NCBI GenBank assembly: GCA_963789435.1 | Contig: CAWBKO010000002.1 | Span: forward strand, 141,386 to 205,385 | DNA: 64,000 nucleotides | Source: an uncultured Chloroflexia bacterium | Lineage (GTDB): Bacteria > Chloroflexota > Limnocylindria > QHBO01 | Direction of reading: 5' to 3' | Shown here: positions 44,546 through 54,513 of the stretch, piece by piece | How the letters are laid out: each line of letters begins with the position of its first letter | Position numbering within the stretch: position 1 is the stretch's first letter | Notes under the pieces: model-generated | What the model was told of the DNA's origin: nothing | Database searches by the model: none | What the model saw: only the letters and a program-made list of their open reading frames with translations | Position numbers and translations under genes: made by a program

Positions 44546-45020
44546 TCAGCGTGCCGACCCCGTAGAGGACGAGGCCGATGCCCGTCACCACCCCGAACCA
44601 ACGAAGCGCGTTCAGCCACGGCCCGGCAAGCAGGTTCGCACCCGCGATCCAGAGGCCGATGACGATCAGCGCCACCGACTCGACGGCGTAGGCACCGGTC
44701 GCCGGCGCGAAGTAGTCGATGTCCACGACCCCGGCCACGAAGAGCAGCTGCGTGACGCACCAGGTCGCGGCCGCCAGCCAGCCCCCCGCCTGGGCGACGA
44801 GCGCGAGCGGCGTGGGCGTCAGCCCGCCGAGCTCCCAGAACGCGAGCATCAGGAACGGGATCGCGGCGGTCATGACGACCAGCGCAAGGTCGTTGATCGT
44901 TCCGAACGGCTCGCCGATCCAGAAGAAGAGACCGATGGTCACGAGCGCCAGCCCACCCGCGATGCCGACCACCCAGCCCGCAATCGACGCCCGCCGCACG
45001 ATGTCCTGTGTCGTTCCCAT
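44430..45020 (-). CDS. Hypothetical membrane protein
   Basis: About 6 TM; PFGTINDL; GGAGGTG RBS. Confidence 0.75.
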   Translation of the reverse strand: MGTTQDIVRRASIAGWVVGIAGGLALVTIGLFFWIGEPFGTINDLALVVMTAAIPFLMLAFWELGGLTPTPLALVAQAGGWLAAATWCVTQLLFVAGVVDIDYFAPATGAYAVESVALIVIGLWIAGANLLAGPWLNALRWFGVVTGIGLVLYGVGTLISGGEGMLVYAGALAWLVLLPIWGVLMAVHLGRLSLAR

Positions 45021-45095
45021 GTCACCTCCGCTACGCGGCGCAGCATGCATCCCGCGACGGCTGAGCTGTCGCAAACAACCCCGATGCTTCGCGGC

Positions 45096-45362
45096 ATGGA
45101 GCAGCACCCTCGCCTGGTCAGCGTCAACGCCCGATTCGCCGTGGAATCGCTCGGCCTGGAGGTCGACATCCGCCTCCGAGAGCTCGACGGCCGCTGGATT
45201 GCGGTCGCGGACTTCGGCGACGAGCCGGAGGTCGGCATCGGTGCGACGCCGCGGGAAGCCCTTTCCGCGTCGCTGGCGACGCTCGGCACGCGCGCTGCCG
45301 CAGCAGTGATGGCCGATCCGCAGCTGTTCGGCCTCAGCGCCGCGATCCGCCAGCCCGCCTAG
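45096..45362 (+). CDS. Small hypothetical protein
   Basis: VDIRLRELDGRWIAVAD...GIGATPREAL. Confidence 0.65.
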   Translation: MEQHPRLVSVNARFAVESLGLEVDIRLRELDGRWIAVADFGDEPEVGIGATPREALSASLATLGTRAAAAVMADPQLFGLSAAIRQPA

Positions 45363-45371
45363 GCGCCAGGG

Positions 45372-45780
45372 TCAGCGGCTCGCGGTGAACGAGCCCTCGA
45401 TCGTGACTGGGTCCGTTGGCTGCAGGTCTGCCGAGAACCAGTAGAACTCGTCGGCCACGCAGCTGAACGTGCCCTAGCTCCCGGTGTCGTCCCCGCGCTC
45501 GTACGCGACCTCGCAGTCCTCGGACGAGGCCTCCAGTCGTCGCCGGTGATATCGGAGTGGAACGGCACGCCGGTGTAGTTGATCGCGATCGTCACGAACT
45601 CGGCATCGGTGTTGTACGCCAGCTATGTCTTCCCATCGGTCGTCTCGGAGAGGTCGGCGGTCAGATCCTGGTCAATGGTGAGGCTGACGCCTCCGCCGAC
45701 CGTGATCTGGGCACGGCCGCTCGTCCACGGACCGTCGTCGAGCGCCGGCGCCGCGCCGGTGAAGAGCCTGCTCAAAGTTA
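45372..45780 (-). pseudogene. 5'-truncated remnant of an exported beta-rich protein
   Basis: Coding-like GPWTSGRAQITV...DCEVAYER...GTFSC...IEGSFTASR, with TAG at 45623 and 45474, a frameshift and no start or signal. Confidence 0.55.
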
Positions 45781-46224
45781 GCCGCCGATGCGGACGTTGA
45801 CATTCACACCGAGCAGCGGGAAGACGATGAACCACATGACGATCGGCACGATGAACAGGAGGATTCGGGCGACGCCGCGGTCCGTCGGCGACGCGTACGC
45901 CGCCGCCTTCTCCGAGAACACGGCCAGGACGACCACCACGATCGCGATCAGCCCGCCGATGATGGCCCCGAAGAAGAGCATGCCGAGCACGCCGAAGACG
46001 ATCGCCAGGCCACGCAGCAGCCCGTCGCCCACGCCGTCCGGCTGCCCACGCAGCCTCCGCGCATCGGCGGAGCCCATGGCCATCCCAACCGCGATGGCGA
46101 ACGGCCATGCGAAGCCCGTGAACGGGCTGACGATGCCGATCGATGCGGCGACGAGCAGGTGCACGCCCCAGCGAAGCGGCGCGTAGACGGTCATAGGTGG
46201 TGTGGGGATACTCTGCGCAGTCAT
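45778..46224 (-). CDS. Hypothetical membrane protein
   Basis: 4 hydrophobic segments; ends VNVNVRIGG. Confidence 0.72.
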   Translation of the reverse strand: MTAQSIPTPPMTVYAPLRWGVHLLVAASIGIVSPFTGFAWPFAIAVGMAMGSADARRLRGQPDGVGDGLLRGLAIVFGVLGMLFFGAIIGGLIAIVVVVLAVFSEKAAAYASPTDRGVARILLFIVPIVMWFIVFPLLGVNVNVRIGG

Positions 46225-46412
46225 GCCTGAAATGTCTCTCGTGGGCTTGAAGCGGACATCCGGCAGTCGTCCCACCCGCCAGTGCGTCATCTGCCGCACT
46301 CGCACTGGCGGTGATCCCTGGCGCACGCGTTCGGGCTGGCCCGCAGCGTCATTGGCGCCCCTGAAGCGACTCTCCCACGGCTGCGGCCGTCGGCGCGTTG
46401 CGGCCTCATCGG

Positions 46413-46432
46413 ATATATCAATAACGATATAT
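46413..46432. promoter_or_regulatory. AT-rich inverted repeat ATATATC-N6-GATATAT
   Basis: Perfect 7-bp arms in a GC-rich intergenic region. Confidence 0.55.
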
Positions 46433-46504
46433 TTCCTGACAGAATCGCCCGGGCCGTCGCGGGCCCCAGGTCTGGAGCCGGCACGTGATAGCGTCTGGCT
46501 CGCG

Positions 46505-47485
46505 ATGAGCAAGACGACCGGCGACGAATCACGCGAGGGCGTCCCGCTGACGAACCTCGACCAGCCCCTCTTCGACGGCGCGGGCGCGACGAAGCGGGAC
46601 CTGGTCGAGTACCTCGACGCCGTCCGGGATCGGATCCTTCCCGTCCTCGAGGACCGGCCGCTGTCGGTCATCCGCGTCCATCGCGGCCAGGAAGCCTTCA
46701 TGCAGAAGAACGTGCCGAAGTACACGCCCGACTGGGTGCGCACGGTGCAGTGGTGGGCCGAGGCGTCGAAACGGAACGTCTCGTACGCGTTGTGCAACGA
46801 CCGCCGGACGCTGCTGTGGTTCGCCAACCAGCGCGCGATCGAGTATCACCCCGCCCTGGTGCGCGTCGACCGGCCGGATCGCATCACCCATCTCGTGCTC
46901 GACCTCGACCCACCGGAAGCCGATGCGTTCGCGATGGCGGTCCGAGCTGCCCACGCGGTCCGTCAGGCGCTGACCGATGTCGGCCTCACCGGTGCGGTGA
47001 AGACCAGCGGCGCCAAGGGACTCCACGTGTTCGTCCCGATCGACACGAGGCATCGATCGAGGACTCGGCCGCCGCGACCCGAGCGATCGCCGTGCGAGCG
47101 GCGCAGCTCGAACCGGACATCGCGACGACCGCGTTCGTCAAGGCGGAGCGCGGCGGGAAGGTCTTCGTCGACTCGACCAGGGTCGGCGGCGCCACCGTGA
47201 TCGCCGCCTACAGCCCTCGCGTCCGGCCGGGCGTCCCCGTCTCCTTCCCCGTCGCCTGGGAGGACCTCGACGACATCACCCCAGCCGACTTCACCGTCCA
47301 CACCGCGCTCGGCCTGCTCGGCGACCGCGATCCGTGGGGCGAGCACATGCCCGACCCGCAGAGGCTGCCAGCCGAGCCTGATCGCCGAGGGCCACGGCAT
47401 CCCCGTCGCCCGGGTCCAGGCCATGCACGAGGGCAAGCGCCGCGCCCGTGCAGCCCGCGGCGAGGGGGTCAAGGACAAGCCATGA
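46505..47485 (+). CDS. Stand-alone LigD polymerase (AEP primase-polymerase) domain (frameshifts)
   Basis: LTNLDQPLF; TKRDLVEY; FMQKN; VLDLDP; KTSGAKGLHV; YSPRVRPG.PVSFP. Confidence 0.88.
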
Positions 47486-48450
47486 GAACACCCGCCATCG
47501 CGCTCCTCGTGGTCGCTCTCGCACTGGGAGCCTGCTCTCGGGGACCGTCAGCCAGTCCAGCGGCACCCAGCGAAGGAGCTCCAGCCCGGTGCCATCGAAC
47601 ACGCCCGCGCCAACGCCGGCACTTGGCGCCTGGGGTGATCTTCGCGGGCACTGCTCCCGTGGGATCCGGTCGCGAATTGGCGGCCGAGTGCCGGGGCTCC
47701 GGCTCGCCGACCATCGTCCTCGAAGCCGGTGGCACGTCCTCGGACCTGAACGACTGGGACAACGGATTCCTGATGGGGCTCGCCGAGGAGAGCACCGTGT
47801 GCCGCTACAGCCGCGCGGGTGGAGAGGGCAGCAGCCCGCTCGACGATCTGCTCACATACGAGATGGTCATCGGCGACGCGTTCACCCTGTTGGACTGGCT
47901 GCGCGAGGAGCACGACGTCAAGCCGCCTATGTCTTCGTCGGCTGGTCGTTCGGCGGAGCTGTCGCCCTGGCCGAGGCCCTCGAGAGGCCCGAGGACACCG
48001 CGGGCATCGTCATCCTCGACACCGATCCCACTCTCGACCGTCGACTTCATGACCCAATGCACCAAGTCCGGCCGAGCGGAGGTCGACTGCCAGGCCGAGT
48101 ACGACGATGATCTCGAGGCCAAACGGATCGAGGACGGCATTCGCACGCAGATGAGGCCGCTGCCCGATCTTCCGGCGGCGATCGTCAGCGCCCTGGTCTT
48201 TCCGGATTGCCACCTGGAGCCGGGCGAGTCGACCGTCTCGTACAGCATCAACGGATCCGACGTGACGGCTCCCGACTGCCAGGAGCTGGCTTCACGCGTC
48301 GCAGACATCCACGCGGAAGGATGGGCCGAGATCCTTCCGCGGATGACCCAGACACGGGTCTCCGCCAGCCACGACGGTCTCACCACGCAGGCGTCAGGGA
48401 CCCTGATCCAAGTGATCCAGGAAGTCATCGCGCGGGCGTCCGACGAATGA
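47482..48450 (+). CDS. Lipoprotein alpha/beta hydrolase (frameshifts near 47930-48030)
   Basis: LGAC lipobox; CRGSGSPTIVLEAG; YSRAG; FVGWSFGG. Confidence 0.8.
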   Translation: MRTPAIALLVVALALGACSRGPSASPAAPSEGAPARCHRTRPRQRRHLAPGVIFAGTAPVGSGRELAAECRGSGSPTIVLEAGGTSSDLNDWDNGFLMGLAEESTVCRYSRAGGEGSSPLDDLLTYEMVIGDAFTLLDWLREEHDVKPPMSSSAGRSAELSPWPRPSRGPRTPRASSSSTPIPLSTVDFMTQCTKSGRAEVDCQAEYDDDLEAKRIEDGIRTQMRPLPDLPAAIVSALVFPDCHLEPGESTVSYSINGSDVTAPDCQELASRVADIHAEGWAEILPRMTQTRVSASHDGLTTQASGTLIQVIQEVIARASDE

Positions 48451-49115
48451 CTGACCAGCTGCACGTCCTGCTCGAGATTGGTCCGGGGGGCAAGCGAATC
48501 GTCGCCTCCGCGATGGACTGGCCGGGTCTGGAGCGCTGGGGCCGGACCGAGGACGAGGCCGTCGACAAGCTGCTCGAGTACGTGCCGCGCTACGCGCCGG
48601 TGGCGGAGCGCGTCGGCCTCCGTGACGAGTTCGAGCGGTCCGTCACGCCGCACATCCTGGAGCGGACGCCGGGCAACACCTCGACGGACTGGTGGGGCAT
48701 CGCCCACGTGCCGTCCGTCATCGAGGCGGACCCTCTCTCCGATGACGAGCTGGAGCGGCGGATCGGCATCATGCGGGCGACGTGGGCGTTCTTCGACGAC
48801 GCGGCGGACGCCGGCGACGCACCCCTCAGCAAGGGCCCGCGTGGCGGCGGGCGCGAGCGGGACGAGATCGTCCGTCACATCTACGCATCGGAACGCCACA
48901 ACTTCTGGCGCAAGGTGGCCATCCGCGAGGACGACGGCGTGCGGCTGACGCCGGAGGAGCTCGCCGATCTGCGCGAGCGCTACGTCGCCGCGATCCGCGA
49001 ATACCACGCCGACGATCGGCCGGCGCGCAAATGGCCGCTCCGTTTCCTCATCCGCCGCACCGCGCAGCATGCGATGGACCATGCCTGGGAGATCGAGGAC
49101 CGCGACCCCGGTTGA
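48447..49115 (+). CDS. Conserved hypothetical protein, DinB-like C-terminus
   Basis: DWPGLER; KGPRGGGRERD; WPLRFLIRRTAQHAMDHAWEIEDR. Confidence 0.8.
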   Translation: MTDQLHVLLEIGPGGKRIVASAMDWPGLERWGRTEDEAVDKLLEYVPRYAPVAERVGLRDEFERSVTPHILERTPGNTSTDWWGIAHVPSVIEADPLSDDELERRIGIMRATWAFFDDAADAGDAPLSKGPRGGGRERDEIVRHIYASERHNFWRKVAIREDDGVRLTPEELADLRERYVAAIREYHADDRPARKWPLRFLIRRTAQHAMDHAWEIEDRDPG

Positions 49116-49526
49116 TCATGGCGCGGAGGCCGGAACATACGCGATCGCGTCGATCTCCACCAGGAGCTCCGGCCGCACCAGCGCGCTGACCACGAGCAGG
49201 GTGTTCGGCGGGTACTTCCCCGACGGATAGAGCTCGGGATACAGCTCCTCGCGGGCCTCGTAGAACCTGGCGATCATCGGCTCGCCCACGACGTAGGTCG
49301 TGAGCTTCATCACGCTCTCGAGGCCGCCGCCCGTCGACTCGAGTGCCAGCCGCAGGTTCTCGAAGATCTGCCGCAGCTGCGATCGGAAGTCCTCGCCGGC
49401 CAGCGATCCGTCGGCACGAACCCCGACCTGCCCCGCGACGATCACGAGGTCCCCTGCGCGGCTGAGGTGCGAGTACTTGCCGAGCGGCTCGCCCAGCGCA
49501 GCGGGATTCTCGTAAGCAACGGCCAT
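49116..49526 (-). CDS. RidA-family protein
   Basis: GKYS; VAGQVG; PPNTLLVVSALVRPELLVEIDAIA. Confidence 0.9.
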   Translation of the reverse strand: MAVAYENPAALGEPLGKYSHLSRAGDLVIVAGQVGVRADGSLAGEDFRSQLRQIFENLRLALESTGGGLESVMKLTTYVVGEPMIARFYEAREELYPELYPSGKYPPNTLLVVSALVRPELLVEIDAIAYVPASAP

Positions 49527-49547
49527 CGAGCTGCTCCTATCTCCGTG

Positions 49548-49793
49548 TCAGTGGATGGCGGGTCGCTGCTCGCGCGGCTGTCGGTCTGCCTCGGCATCGG
49601 CCTGGTCGATTGCTGAGCCGATGCTCTCGAGCGCGAGATCGAGCTGGTCGTGTGCGCTGTTCAGGCTGTCCAGGATCCCCTGAAGAAAAGCCGAAGCCTC
49701 GACGTCATCGCGAATGGTCAGGAGGAGCCGATGCGCGACGTTGACGAGGACTGAGACTTCGTTGAGGTCGTCTGCGACCGCTGACACTTCCAT
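49548..49793 (-). CDS. 81-aa acidic helical hypothetical protein
   Basis: Clean ORF; start uncertain. Confidence 0.5.
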   Translation of the reverse strand: MEVSAVADDLNEVSVLVNVAHRLLLTIRDDVEASAFLQGILDSLNSAHDQLDLALESIGSAIDQADAEADRQPREQRPAIH

Positions 49794-49835
49794 GCCGGCG
49801 CGTCCCTGCGATATGTGGTCAGCAGCCTAGCGCCA

Positions 49836-50355
49836 TCAGGTGATATCGGCGGCCAGCTGTTGGTAGGCGGGCTGGAGTTCCTGCCACCGCGCCCGCGCGT
49901 CGCAGCGTTCGCCGCCGGCGAGGTAGGCGGCGAGATCTTCGACGTGGATCTGGTCTCCCGCCCCGTAGGCGGCGATCTGCTCCAGGGGCACGCCGCGGTC
50001 CTCGATGACCAGGATGGTCTGGTCGCCGTCGGCGGTGAGCGTCACCTCGAAGACGCCGTCCGGTTGGTCCTGGGGAGCTGGTCAGAATCAGGAGCCGGTG
50101 TGGGGGCTCGCACACCTCGACGCGGCCGGTGCCTTCCCATCCGCTGGCGAAGAAGCGTGCGCGGAACTCACCGCCCTGGCGCAGATCGCCTTCTACCTCG
50201 CCGAGCCAGCGGGCGAGGCGGCTGGGATCGGTGAGGGCGGACCAGAGGTCATCGATATCGGTCTGAAAACGGTCTTCGAGACGCACGATGCCCGTCCCGT
50301 CTTCCGCTCGCAATGAGCCAAGCGTGCGCACGCTTCCAGGTGTGTTGGTGGTCAT
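49836..50355 (-). CDS. SRPBCC/Aha1-domain protein (frameshift near 50065)
   Basis: LWSALTDPSRLARWL; CEPPHRL; YGAG.QIHVEDL. Confidence 0.85.
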
Positions 50356-50679
50356 CGGGGGCTCCTTCGCTCACGCTTGCCGCGTGCAATCTCGGTGTGC
50401 AGGGCATCGAGGCGGTGCTCCCACAGCGCCAGGTGTCGACTCAGCCAGTCGTTGATCTCGGTCGAGAGGCTGCGGACGGAGCGTGTAGACGCGCCGTTGC
50501 GCTTCTTGGCGAACCTCGACCAGACCCGCTTCCCGCAGGACGCGCAGGTGCCGCGAGACGCCGGGACGGGCGATCGGCAGCATCGCTGCAAGCTCGCCGG
50601 CGGTTGCCGGGCCCTCAGCCAGGGCTTCCAACATGGTCCGCCGGCTGTCGTCTGCGATTGCCCTGAGACTCGCCTCCAT
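50352..50679 (-). CDS. ArsR/SmtB-family regulator (frameshift near 50460)
   Basis: RAIADDSRR; PGVSRHLRVLREAGLV; QRRVY. Confidence 0.9.
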
Positions 50680-50685
50680 GGCTTG

Positions 50686-50720
50686 GTTGTACCCTACTCG
50701 TTACGTAACTGTCAAGTTAC
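50686..50720 (-). promoter_or_regulatory. arsR promoter/operator
   Basis: TTGACA(50715)-18-TACAAC, 6 nt before ATG; palindromes GTTACGTAAC and GTAAC-N6-GTTAC. Confidence 0.7.
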
Positions 50721-50742
50721 ATTACCGCGATCGCTCAGCAGC

Positions 50743-52711
50743 TCAGCTTCCTGGATCGGCGAGTCGGGGTTCGTCGCTGCGCAGAAGACGGATGACGACC
50801 ATGACCCCGATAGCGGCGATGGCGAGGAAGATCACGAAGAAGGTCAGGTCGGCGCGGGACAGCGCGAGCCAGGCGATCACGGCGGTCGGGATCGCCGCCG
50901 CGGCTGCGGCCCACAGGACGGCCCAGATGGTCCACGTCGCCTGATCGGATCGGCCGAAGAAGCGAGCCTCATCGGTCCGGATCACCGCGTGCCAGGTCGA
51001 CAACAGAAGCCACCAGACGGCGAGCGCGACGGCCGCGATGGCGACAGCGCCAACGGCGCCCAGCGCCGTGTCGCCCCACCCGACGAACCAGCCGCCAATG
51101 AGAGGGAGGCGGGACAGGAACCTGGTGATCGCGTGGCCGATGTCGGGAAGATCGCTCCGCAGCGCGACCAGCGAGGCGACTGAAGCGGCAACCACGGCCA
51201 CGCGGGCGCAGGCCAGCGACGTCACCCGGACCTCACGCACCCCGGCGGCCTGCCGCAGGCGCGGCGGAATCGGATCCGATCCGAGCGGACCCGATGGCGC
51301 GAGGCTCCCCGCGGCGAACGCGACGGCGCTGACGAACTCGGTCATGTTCGACCAGTAGACCGAGTGGTCGAGGGCCGTGCTCGCGAGGTTCCTGATGCGG
51401 TAGCTGTCGACTCCCTCGACCTTCTTCGTGAAGAGCGGGCCGTTGGGAGCCGGATCGGCGGAGGCCCAGAGGTCCACCCACCGCATGCCCGGCAGTGCAG
51501 CGCGAACCTCGACGACGTCGTTGAGGATCAGGTCCTGCGCCTTGGCGTCATTCGCCTCCGCGTACTTCGCGAGCAGCAGCTGGAAGATGCCGACCGTCAT
51601 GAAGCTGGCGACCACGCCAACGACAGCCTGCCAGGCCTGATCCCACAGCTTGCCGATATCGCCACCGATGTCGATCAGCGTGCCGACGACGACGAAGCCC
51701 ATGAGGCCGGCGAGCAGGAGAAACAGGGTCGAGGCCGTCGCCAGGACGGCGAACAGGAACTGCCGAAAGCCGCCGACCCGCGTGTGCAGCCGATGGAGCG
51801 ACTTCAGCTTGCGGAAGGCCTGCCCGAACGTGAAGAACATGGCGATCTGCGCTCGCTCCCCCTCCGGGCGCTGCGCGGTGCGGCGGATCGCCTGCCAGGC
51901 CACCGCGCTGCCCTGCGAGTGAGCCACCACCATGATCCGATCGCAGTTGCGGTCGAGCCACTCGATGTCCTGCCGCACGCGCTCCGCCATCGCGGCGAAC
52001 CGCACCGGACTGCGGACGAACACGAGGAGATCGCCGAAGCTCCCCGCCAGGTTGCGGGCGAGCCCCTGCACGAAGCCCGAGATGACGGGGATCGGGATCA
52101 GGCTGAACAGCAGCAGCGCCAGCGCCAGCGGCGTGATCAGCGCCGCCACCAGCCGCCGCGATGATCACGAGGATCCCGAAGACGGCCTCGTCGATGAGCC
52201 ATCGAGGCAGGCTGCGCCCGGGTCGGCGGAGCCGATGCTCCAGGCCGGCGGCCTGGGACGCGATCAGCCACGGCCCGACGCCGATCGCCCACGCCACGAG
52301 CTCGCCGAGCGTCGCCTGGCGGAAGGCATCGGCCCACCATGACTCCGCCAGCAACCACTTGTCGCCCGGCTCCGGGTCGTCCTTCCTCCGGGTCAGGACG
52401 ACGGTCGCGTTCGCGCGGCCCGATGCCGCCGGCGAGGTCGTCCCCGACGCAGTCGCCTCCGGACCCCGAAGCGTCGCGTCGCGCAGGCTGAACCGATCGT
52501 TACCGAGCCACCTGCGCAGCCACTCGGTGAGCGCGTCGCCCATCTGCGTGATGGTGTCGCCACGCTCCTGCTGCCCCATGCCGTGGACGAAGAGAATGCC
52601 AAGCCGATAGGTCTTCTCCGGCGGCGGCCCAGGCTCGGGGCCGACAAGCGTATGCAGGGCGCTGTCGACCGCCAGACCGACCTTCTGCCAGAGCGGTGCA
52701 TCCTCACCCAT
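50743..52711 (-). CDS. Membrane-embedded alpha/beta-hydrolase-like protein (frameshift near 52150)
   Basis: FVHGMGQQ; WWAD; GDL; VAHSQGS; TFG; D..P; HSVYW; multiple TM. Confidence 0.75.
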
Positions 52712-52785
52712 GGGCCAACGACGCTAGCCCGCCGATCTGCCCGAGTCAACGGCTATTGGACAGAGGGGCTCGCTATCCTGCCTCG

Positions 52786-53583
52786 GTGGCAGGCATACCT
52801 CTGGACAAGGTCCCGAGCTCCGCGCGGACCGCGTGGCTCGCGCTTCGCGACGAGCTCCAGCACATCCTGGGGGAGGAGCTCGTGGCCATGTGGGCGTACG
52901 GAGGGACGATGTCCGTCGAAGACCCGGCGCACGCGGGCGACCTCGATACGTACGTCGTCATCGCGCGCCGGCCCGATGAGGAGACGACCGCAGCGATCGA
53001 GGCCGCGCAGGATGCGGTCGCGAGCCGTCTCGGGGTCGAATGGGACGCGTGGTACGTGCTGGTCGACGCGGCGCGCAGCGCGGATCAGCCGCGCCATGCG
53101 TGGCGCGACGAGCGGCGCGACACCTCATGGGCAGTCAATCGGGCGCACTGGCTGGCCGGACGATACGCGAGCCTCCACGGCCCCGAACCAGCCGACCTGG
53201 TCAAGACGCCGACCTGGGAGGAGCTGGGGGGCGATCTCGACCGGGAGCTCGAGCACATGGAGCGCCATGTCGTGGAGCGCGACACCGATCCGTACGAGGC
53301 GACGTACGCGATGCTCAACGGCAGCCGCATCCTTCACTCGGTCGAGACGCACAACGTCGCCATCTCGAAGCGCGCCGCCGGCGCGTGGGCGCTCGAGCAG
53401 CTTCCCGGCCGCTGGCAGCCCGCCCTGGCCGCCGCGCTTCGGACCTACGACGGTCATCCAGCCGACGGCGATGCCTCGCTGCTGGCCGACCAGATGGCTC
53501 CGTTCATCGCGTTCGTACGGGAGCGAGTGCCGGCGACCGACGGCCGGCCGGAGGATTCCATGCCGCGCTGGTCCGGCTACTAG
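52786..53583 (+). CDS. Nucleotidyltransferase plus DUF4111-like domain, divergent ANT-like
   Basis: WAYGG...GDLDTYVV; YAMLNGSRILHS; ISKRAAGAWA. Confidence 0.75.
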   Translation: MAGIPLDKVPSSARTAWLALRDELQHILGEELVAMWAYGGTMSVEDPAHAGDLDTYVVIARRPDEETTAAIEAAQDAVASRLGVEWDAWYVLVDAARSADQPRHAWRDERRDTSWAVNRAHWLAGRYASLHGPEPADLVKTPTWEELGGDLDRELEHMERHVVERDTDPYEATYAMLNGSRILHSVETHNVAISKRAAGAWALEQLPGRWQPALAAALRTYDGHPADGDASLLADQMAPFIAFVRERVPATDGRPEDSMPRWSGY

Positions 53584-53999
53584 GCGTCAGCCGGCAGGAT
53601 CCGAAAAGGACGGCTCCCGGGTCCGCGGATGGCTCGGAAGTGCCGCTCGTCCAGCGTGAGCAGGTCACGCACGCCATATCGGGCAGCAAGGACCACGATC
53701 GACGCATCGGCCAGGCCGATCTCGAGCGTGGCGTACTTCGCGATCACCCGCTCGGCCGCCGCAACGTCCTCCGATTGGAAGCGTTCGAGCTGGTAGACCT
53801 CGCGACCGACCTCGGTCAGCAACGCTCGCTCGGCCGATTCGCCAACACGCGTGGCGAGAAGGTAGTCGAGCTCCGCCAGCACGAACGGCGACAGCACCCA
53901 GGGTGGATCCGCATCCCGCAGCGCCGCGGCCGCGGCGTGATGATGCCGCTGGCTTGCATCGATGGCCGCAAGCAGGCCGCTCGTGTCGAGGATGATCAC
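53580..53999 (-). CDS. vapC: VapC PIN-domain toxin
   Basis: IILDTS; LAELDY; IGLADAS; LTLDERHF. Confidence 0.92.
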   Translation of the reverse strand: MIILDTSGLLAAIDASQRHHHAAAAALRDADPPWVLSPFVLAELDYLLATRVGESAERALLTEVGREVYQLERFQSEDVAAAERVIAKYATLEIGLADASIVVLAARYGVRDLLTLDERHFRAIRGPGSRPFRILPADA

Positions 54000-54217
54000 C
54001 GATCCCCGAAGCCTGCGAGAAGCTCATCGGTCCGCTCAGCAAGATCCGGCTGCCCGCTCTCGAACAGCGGCAGTCTCGGCTCGGCGATCCGATGCGTTCC
54101 GGTCACCAGCCCGACCCCCTCTCGGATCAGGTCCGCCTCGCTCCGCCCCGTCGACCGCGCCGCGCGACGAAGCGCGCGCTTCAGCTCATCGGGCAGGTAG
54201 ACCGTCGTCTTCTCCAT
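53996..54217 (-). CDS. vapB: VapB ribbon-helix-helix antitoxin
   Basis: MEKTTVYLPDELK...SEADLIRE; LLAGFG; overlaps vapC start. Confidence 0.88.
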   Translation of the reverse strand: MEKTTVYLPDELKRALRRAARSTGRSEADLIREGVGLVTGTHRIAEPRLPLFESGQPDLAERTDELLAGFGDR

Positions 54218-54263
54218 GCCACCCACGATACCATACGATGGGTGGCATATCTGCCACCCATCG
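54217..54263. promoter_or_regulatory. vapBC operator with three TGCCACCCA half-sites
   Basis: CGATGGGTGGCA-TATC-TGCCACCCATCG 54236-54263; extra half-site at 54217. Confidence 0.8.
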
Positions 54264-54513
54264 GGCCACTCTGGGAAAGGTACGCGTGGGGTACTGCACC
54301 ACACCACACCTGGGCGGTTTGGTGAGGTCGGCCAAATCGTGCCCCGACGACGGCAGTACGAGATCTCCATAGGCACGACCCACCTGCCGATGCATGCTGC
54401 GCCCAGTTCCGGCCGTCGTCTGGTCTCTGAGTGGCGGGGATCCCGGGGTAATCATGCGGTGCCCCACCAAGCCATCTGCTCGTGTCCGCACGCCGAGCAG
54501 CGATCCTCACCGT

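Noticed and set aside
45474-45625. Pyrrolysine or stop-codon readthrough at two TAGs
   Set aside because: Gene also lacks its 5' end; TAG is a normal stop in many neighbouring genes; no pyl genes seen
54270-54510. Gene or mobile-element end next to vapBC
   Set aside because: No convincing ORF, terminal inverted repeat or target duplication found
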